Shown here: positions 41,501 through 50,500 of the stretch, piece after piece
How positions within the stretch are numbered: the stretch's first letter is position 1
Layout: each line of letters starts with the position of its first letter
NCBI RefSeq assembly: GCF_964355755.1
Contig: NC_092676.1
Coordinates: 2,547,788 to 2,611,787 of the forward strand
Reading direction: 5' to 3'
DNA from: Antedon mediterranea
Taxonomy: Eukaryota > Animalia > Echinodermata
Length of the DNA stretch: 64,000 bases
Notes under the pieces: generated by a model
The model's input: the letters and a program-made list of their open reading frames with translations, nothing else
What the model was told of the DNA's origin: nothing
The model's database searches: none
Translations under genes and position numbers: made by a program

Positions 41501-44500
41501 TCACATTTTTTGTCACATAAAGTTTGATAGTGTAGACAGAGCTTTAGATGTTTTTAATAATTGGCTATCAATTGATGTATGTTGTGGTAACTTATTGTTT
41601 TACTGCAATATAGTCCAATCCAAGCTTTATAAGTACAGTTGTAATAAAAAGTTTAAATAACAATTTACCATTTCATTATGGTTGTGAATAAAAACCTTAA
41701 GCTAACACGGATTGAGAACAAATTATCCCGAAAAACTTGTGAATAACCAATATTTTTACTTTTTGAAATCAGCCAAAGAAAAGAGCATTTACTCGTAAGA
41801 AGCGTGGAGGTGAAGACGAAGATTACTTGTGCCCGTTTGACACGCCGCTACCTAGTTCAATGAAACTTGATGGCGTTATTAATGGCGCAAGCACGACAAA
41901 TAAAGTACCAAGCTATCTGACGGAAGTCCGCAGCACGGACATGGTCCATAAGCAACGAGATGAAATTAATCAGGTGTGTGATTGAAATGCGGAACGATTA
42001 CTGTTAGGATTTTTTTTTTTTCAAAAGTGCTTGGAATATTTCATTTCAAGATGTTTATACTCAGCTAAATGCAACCAAATAAACTTGGAGAATGGCTACG
42101 TTGGTTATCATGCCAAGTATTGCAAAAAGAAATTGATAGTATCATATCATTATCATGAATGACTTAATTAAGTATACTCTTAAGACATGCTACCAATTTT
42201 TCGGTTAAAATAACACACGATGGGACTAAACAGAAAGTCTTTGATACAATTTATAAACTAATTCCAACCAAATTTATGTCCCAAAACCATTGTTTTTTTA
42301 CGAAGCTGCCCAGAGTGTGAAAGATCAGATTTATTTAGTTCATTGTTCAATTTTGAAACTACTACAATTTTTTCCAATTTTTTTATAAAAAAGGTCAATA
42401 CATCTCTTTTGCTCAGTTTTATAACAGCATTTTCCTACCTCTTCCAGTTTTCTAATTTGTATTGTTTCCCCTATTGTTCCCCTGTTGTCTTTAAATCATT
42501 CAAACCACTTTCCTTTTGACAGAAATCAAATCATTGTGATTGTAAATAATTCATAATTTCTTTGTTTTTTTAACATTGGTGAATTGTCAGTGTTTATTCC
42601 CAAATTCTGTTTATCATAATTTATACTATATTTATCTTAATAACAAATCAAAATTCTTATATCAAATATATTATTTCATATTCATTTCATTGCAACATAC
42701 CATTGAATGTTGTATCATTATTCTTGCTATAATATCTTGAAACTTAATATATGCAAGTTCATTCTGTGTATATTAGCATAATAACCATTAATGATGCCAA
42801 ACATCTGGAGTCTTCACAAAGAATAATGCTTCTTCTATTATGCTATGTTCAGATTCTCATATTTTAATTGACTTAAAATTATGACTTGTGATTGGGCGTT
42901 AACAGAATCTAAGTCTGTATTTGATCATGAGGGCAGTATTTAGGTCTGTAGTATGAGCATTGAGCTGGTCCTAAACGCTATATCAAACTTTATGCGACAA
43001 AAAAATGTGATGATCCCGTATATGGACATGATGATGTCTTATTACTACCATATATTGGCACATCACACTTTTTTTGTCAAAATAGTTTGATAGTGTAGAC
43101 AGAGCTTTATAGATGAAGTATAGTTAATAGGTGGTAGTTGCTTTGCCACTGAGCCATAGTGTTCATATAGAGTTTTGGTTCGATTTTTTTCACCTTTTTC
43201 AGAGATATTAAGCCTTTAATCCTGTCAGATAAATTGTTAAAAATAATAAAGTAAAAATTATTTAGTGAAAATGTAATTATTTGACAAATGAATTGTGCAA
43301 ATTATTATTTATTTATTATTTTATTTTGTTTTTTTTTTAGTAGTAGCCTTAAATTGGTTATCTTTGTTTAACCATATTTATTCATTTTCTGCTCATATTT
43401 AGTTGTGATATTGCCATATTTAGTCATGATCTGCCCATATTTGGTCATGATCTACCATATTTAGTTATAATCAGCCCATATTTAGTCATGATCTGTCCAT
43501 ATTTAGTCATGATCTGCCCATATTTAGTCATGATCTGCCCATATTTAGTCATGATCTACCATATTTAGTTGTGATATTGCCATATTTAGTCATGATCTGC
43601 CCATATTTAGTCATGATCTACCATATTTAGTTATAATCAGCCCATATTTAGTCATGATCTGTCCATATTTAGTCATGATCTGCCCATATTTAGTCATGAT
43701 CTACCATATTTAGTTATAATCTGCCCATATTTAGTCATGAGCTGTCCATATTTAGTCATGATCTGCCCATATTTAGTCATGATCTGCCCATATTTAGTCA
43801 TGATCTACCATATTTAGTTGTGATATTGCCATATTTAGTCATGATCTGCCCATATTTAGTCATGATCTACCATATTTAGTTATAATCAGCCCATATTTAG
43901 TCATGATCTGTCCATATTTAGTCATGATCTGCCCATATTTAATTCAATCACAATTTGTTGGCCAAATATTCTGTGATAATCTGAACATAGCTGTACATAA
44001 ATAAATAATCGCAAACCGATACATGAATGTGACGCTTGTATGTATGCCTGTTAGCCTCTTGCATGGTTTATTCCGCTTCTCTAGGCCGAAGATAACCGTC
44101 GGAAACCAACACGTGTGCAGAGTCTGTACACACGGCGCGACGTGTACAATCCACGTGTATACGTCCATCCCAGAAGCGCTGTCATAACAAAGGTATAGGT
44201 GAATGTGGCACTGGTGTTTATCTCAATCGAACCAAACGGTTCGCATTTGAGACAATTGCTTTAGCTGGGACTGCACCGTGCGTCACTGCGCTTCATGTTA
44301 TGCAAATAACGAGGTTATGTGTTCGTGGTATTGACCTTTTAACTGCCAGAATTTTAATATTAACAAGTTTGCCCTCCACCTTGAGGTACAGTACAAGTTT
44401 CTCTCCCATACACAATTCTGAATATTCTGATTCCTGACAATAGGTGGCAGTGTTTACTTTGACTGCAAACTCAAAAAGAAATTTGGAAATGTAAAATTGT

Positions 44501-47500
44501 TAAGCCTCAAAAATAAATTTTTCTTAACGTTTAAAAATGGAAATTTTAAAATGCATTTCACGAAAAGTTTTGGCAGTTAAAAGCAATAACTCACATTGTC
44601 CTCATTTTTCACACTTCACTTTACTTTCCTTTAATTTTTGTTTTCTTTTCGTTTATTTTTGTTTTAGGTCATCGTAAGAAATTAAGGAGATTGTTTATTA
44701 TGCTTTGTGTGTGTGAAATGTGTTTTTTATTTATTCTCTTTTTCTTTTGAATGTAAAACAAGTTTACAAAAATGATTTGATCTTCTCAAGTTTTCAAAAT
44801 CCTTTTAAAAACAAAAACCCACCTTTTTACTTTATAACCGAATTTAAATCTCCTTTCATTTCCAAGCATTTCGAACAATCTGGTGATTGTTAAAAACACT
44901 ATATAAATGTAACAATAATACATTATGAACAAGAAGGGCACTCAGAGAGCGCAAGCCCCCGCCTTGGCATGGCATGTGTGCCGTACAGCTATGAAACCAT
45001 CCTTCAAAATCTTATGAATATCGGGAAAAAACTTTGTTAGTAATCCTGCTAACTAACAAATATACAAACATACAAACAAATAAACAAACAAACACACGCA
45101 CACTTCTATCTGTGGTAAAAATGTTTGACTTGTTTTACATTCAATAGAAAACGATGATTTGTAGTGTTAACAGTATCAACATTGTCGAAACATGCAAATT
45201 AACGATTAATTGTTATTTCTAGCATTTGCCGTATGTTGTACAAAGGTTCTTGCTTTGTTCATAAGACAAAGAAAAAACAAATATTCTTAATAATCTAAAA
45301 TTTCTTTTCGTATCATTATTTTCTTTTTGTTATGAATTCATCTTCATTTTCTTTTTGCATGATGAGTGATTTGCTGCTCTTTTGTGCTTATTTGCATATG
45401 GATAGGTACTCATTTGCATATGGCCAGGTGTTCATCTCTAAATCTACGTTCATTGATCATGTAGACTAGCCTCATAGATTAGTTATTAACTTTTTCTTTC
45501 CTTAATACTGATATTTCATTTTGAAATAAAATTTGTCATCAGTTGATTGTTCATTAGCCCAAATCTTAAATCTTTCTTTTGGATACCTTTCATTGTTCAA
45601 GTCCAAATCACACCTGTATGTAAATTATTCAAAACTAAATATACAATAAATATAATAACAAATATTACAGATAAGTTTTTTTCCTACTACAATATTTTAT
45701 TTTTCATTTGCTTTAAAACACTTTTAAAAAATATAACCGCACTTGTTCACCGAACTAAACTTTTTATATTACATAATAATCATAAATTATAAAATTAAAA
45801 TATAGAATTAAAGATATATAATTCCAATTTGTTTAAAGGCTTTGCTTAAAGTTACACAATTATGTAAATATGAGATTTATTTGGTATGAGAAGAAAAATC
45901 GTGATTTGTATTTAGAGGAAAAGTAAGTGGAAAGAGAGAGATGAGGAGAGAAAAATGGCGCAAGTTGTACTACTCTGCATGTTAAAGTATAAAAAGTATC
46001 GCATATTGTAAATTTCATCAATGCCTATATGTTTTGAGCTTTTTTATTTGTTTTTGTATTTCCTTTCCAGAACCTTTCATACAAATTGATGTATACCAAT
46101 TGTGCTTTGTGTTAGATGATATTTTTGTTGTAGAGCGTATTTTATTTATTTTTTATTATTTTATATTATAAAGTTGGTTATTTTTTTCACAGGATGTTCA
46201 AACACAAAAGCACTCACAAGCTATTGTTTACAGAATCATTCCATGCATATGGTGAATTGCAAAACAAATTAAATAACAATGTTTAATGTTCATTTGAATC
46301 CATGACAGTCTAATGATGTTTTTAAATTTACGATAGAGAAACGTTTTATAAGCATTTGTATTTTTCACTTGTATTTGTTTAAATCGTGAAAAACAACCCT
46401 ATTAGTCAAACTCAAATAAATTAACCTTTTTAATTTATCGGGATTTAACTGGAAGATACATGTCTGATATTTTTTTTAAAAAGGCCAATTTTTCAACTAC
46501 AAAAAAAAAATATTATAGACTGATTCACATTGAACAATAATGTGATGTATTATAAAACGTGTTTGCTGCCCTCAATATCATATATTGTAAATAGAAATGT
46601 ATTTATAGTATTATAAATGGGAACGATAATATTGCTATAATAACAGTATTATTGTTAGTGGTCTCCGAAAATGGATTTTGAATCTGTTTTTCACCATATA
46701 CTTTGAAATTACACAAATTAATGATGGTTCTAAAGAGTAAAGTAGCAAATTAAGTGACCCGGCTTGACAATATTGTGATATGAAACCAGGCCAGTTCACA
46801 AGTGGCCATTATTTGCTCGTCAGTTCTGTCAGGACAATCAAACTCTTTCTCATGTGTTTTATTGCTATCTGTGTATTGATTCAAAAACACATTGACAATA
46901 ATTTGACCATATTATCTTTCTACACGACGACAGTAGACGCACATATGGATGCTGAGAATATGCGTTTTTATTTGATGATATTTATGCCCTCCTTAAATGA
47001 ACGACATTTGGCTTTTTTTTATTGGTTCGTGCCCTTTTGTCAATAATACCGTAATATTGTTGATGACCAACAGCTGTGAGAGAAATAAAAGTATTTCTTA
47101 GTCATTTCTTATCGTAGAAATATTGGTTTATAAACAATGTGATAATAATTCTATTATATCTTTTATTGAAAATTAATTTTTATTCAGATCAGAAAAAATA
47201 AACTAATCAATAAATTATTACTGATTGAGCAATCATTGAGAAACATGATCGATAAATTGATCAATAATCTATATTAATTAATAACCAATCATGGAATATT
47301 GTACCTTGATCGAAACCAATTATTAAGCAACGCGATGGATACATTTATCAATAATCTATACTGAGTGACCAAGTATTATCATTGTTATTAATGAATATCG
47401 ATATCTATTTCTGGTCATTAAGCGATATAATGATAATTTTACCATTGATTTATTTGATATCCTATTCTACCAATATATTGTTATTTTGATAAGTTACATC

Positions 47501-50500
47501 ATTTAGACTGTCATAATGATTCTATTCTAAATGCTTACATAACATTTAATGGGGCCAGTCACAAAGGTATTATGATAATATAACCTAAAATTATATATAA
47601 ATATATATTATAATATACTGCTTGTTTATTATGCTATTACTATATACATTTTCATATATATTGGTTGCAACTATATATCTATATAACACATTATATTGGT
47701 GTATTATTCTAATTTTTCAGCACAATCAGACAAGGAATGGAAATGCACACGGGGGTGCCACCCCTATAGACAACTTTGGTGCTTTTTCGCAGGAAATTAA
47801 CTCACTGACAGTCAGTATAACCAGCAAATATATATTATTTTTTTGCCGCTCAAAAGTTCATAGTTGTTCACCATCTAATAAGAAAGCTTGTAATTTTATA
47901 GATACCACCTTTAATGAATGCAGCCTGATCGACATTACCCCCCTTTTCCTTATAAGGATGTCGTCTACCACCTCACGTCATACCCAATTCCTGCTGTGAA
48001 ATCTCAGCATCTTGTTTTAACACCTCCCACACCATGCTAACCCAAAATCATTCATAGTTTTGTTACCTTAAAAAATAACAATTCATTCTTGTAATTTTAT
48101 AGATACAAGTTTAATGATCGGCATAACCCCCCTTTTCCTTATAAGGATGTCGTCTACCACCTCACGTCATACCCCATTCCTGCTGTGAAATCTCAGCATC
48201 TTGTTTTAACACCTCCCACACCATGCTAACCCAAAATCATTCATAGTTTGTTACTCTGAAAATAAAAATGAATTCATACTTCCTTTTCTGTTTTTACTGA
48301 TTCTTCACTCTATTTTCTTTCTTTTTTCAGCTTATTCTATCCTTCTTCTCCATACATTCTATTTAAACTTTTATCTACCTTAACGTCGCTAACTACCTGT
48401 TTAGAAAAGTTGCATATGATTCCATTAATTCTGCTCATAATTAAATTAATTATAAAGTCATCATGAAGTTAAAAGGGTTGAAAGTTGTAAATTTCCTGGC
48501 AAAAGTAGAGAATTTCGAATAAAGCCATAGATATAAATAATTAACTTTGAATAAGAGAAACAAATCTATTTATACATACATATATAATAAATCATACATT
48601 ATTTAATACATATTTATCTCTGAAGATTTATTCATTTTTAGATATATTTCAAATTCTTTGTGAGAAAACCTCGTAAGATCGTTTATTCAATTGTGCATCA
48701 AATAGTAATTACCACTCTTTAATCGGTTGAGATAATTGGCGGTATGCTTTAAAGCTTCAGTAGATGATTACGACGCATTAGTCTCATGCTATCATACCAC
48801 TGTTACACTATCTAGTATATTACCGGTCTTGTGACCTTCTTGTTATGTTCGACCATAAATAGTACCGAGTTCGCGACCTTTCCTCTATCTACTTATCCGT
48901 TCTTTTCTGTTGTTATTCTGTCTGTAATTAAAGCTTTGTTGAGATCTTTTCTTCTAACCATACTTTCTGTTTATCATTTCTTTTTCTGTAAGATCTCCTT
49001 TTCTATCTTTCCTCTCTTCTTCCTTCTATTGAATGTTTTCCATTTGTTATCTCTTTCTTTTCTCTCTCCACTTTTATCCTTTCTTATCTGTTTCTTTTAT
49101 TTTGTCATCTTTTTTCCCAACAAATCACTCTTCCTCCTTCCTTTTTTGTTTCCTTTTCTACCTCTATTCCTTCTCTCTATACTTTATTTACTTGTTCATT
49201 TCTTTTTCTTCTTCAGTGTTTGTCTCTTCTTCTTCTAATCTTTCCCTCTATCCTTTCCCTTCACTCTATTTCTTTTTTTTACTTTTCATCCTACATACTT
49301 TCTCTGATTGTAACCTTTTACTCTTGTTTTCGCTCTCATCATTATCTAATTCCCATCAACATGATAATAATCTTTGCAACAAAGGGACATCTAAACATTA
49401 TTATCGCTACATTATCTGTACATATGTATATAATGGGAGGTATTATGAGTTGATTGTCTATCCTGGATTATATTTCTCAACAATCTTTCTGTGTATACGT
49501 ACAAATGATGCATATTACATAATGCCCTGTGCTGTAGGTTCACTCAGAAAACCTTACATTTCCTATACTGTAAGTCTATAGTTATTTAAACTCCATTAAA
49601 TGTGTGTTCAATACTTTAGAAACATCCTTTAGTATTTTCGAAAGATTCGGAATAAAATGTTAAAAATCAGCAGAATTTATCAGAAATATATGTTTTAACA
49701 CTATACAGCCAATACTGCACAGGGTACAAATACCTCTATTAAGGGGACACTTTGGTGGCCCCGAATTGACCCCCTCCATAAGGTTTCTACTATAGCAGTA
49801 ATCTATTTGTATCGTAGGAACACGTCGTTCTCCTCAGAATTCTGTATGTGCCACTGTTATTGTTAATATTAGAAATAAACATGATGCGATTCATTGAAAA
49901 TCTTCATGACCACTCGTTGACAACTTTCCAAATGATAATAATTTATTTTATCTTTATCTGGCACACTTTACTTCAAAAGGAACATGACAAAAAACACCCA
50001 GTATCGAAGATAATGTGCAGGCAACTACATTTAACTGTTTCTTCATAGTTTTCCCCAGATATAAACAAATTAAAACATGGATCGTTCCCAAAATAAGCGT
50101 TATTAATTTTGAATTTAAATAATTCTGGAAGTTTCTTGTGCCAGTAAAGAAATCACATCTCCGCCAGTTGCCCGTTTGCTAATTGTTAAACAAAAATTCA
50201 ACCTATATCAGAATAATTGCATAATTAATTTGGCTCCAGAGCCGTCTCGTGTAAACCCCCTTTTTTCCTCTCGTACCTCATTCTCCCCTTCACCTTCCTG
50301 CTGTACTTTTCCCAAATCACTTAATTTATTTCACTCATAATTGAAGAAGAAATGTTTTCCTTAAAAAAATCACCCAATTGTTTTTTTTTTTATTTTTGCT
50401 AATACATTTTAAAATAGCTTGTACTATGGCATATAGATGGTGAACTTTGAAGTTTTTAAACAACATCTTTCATTTTTTTAAACTGAAAACAATTCCTTAG

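Noticed and set aside
48831-49581. 135- and 182-aa hydrophobic ORFs resembling membrane proteins
   Set aside because: CT-rich low-complexity intron sequence.
49838-49843. cag|AATTCT|gtatgt 6-nt microexon-like segment
   Set aside because: Short pyrimidine tract with a competing AG nearby, and it would split the conserved INSLT-SML motif; not excluded but unsupported.
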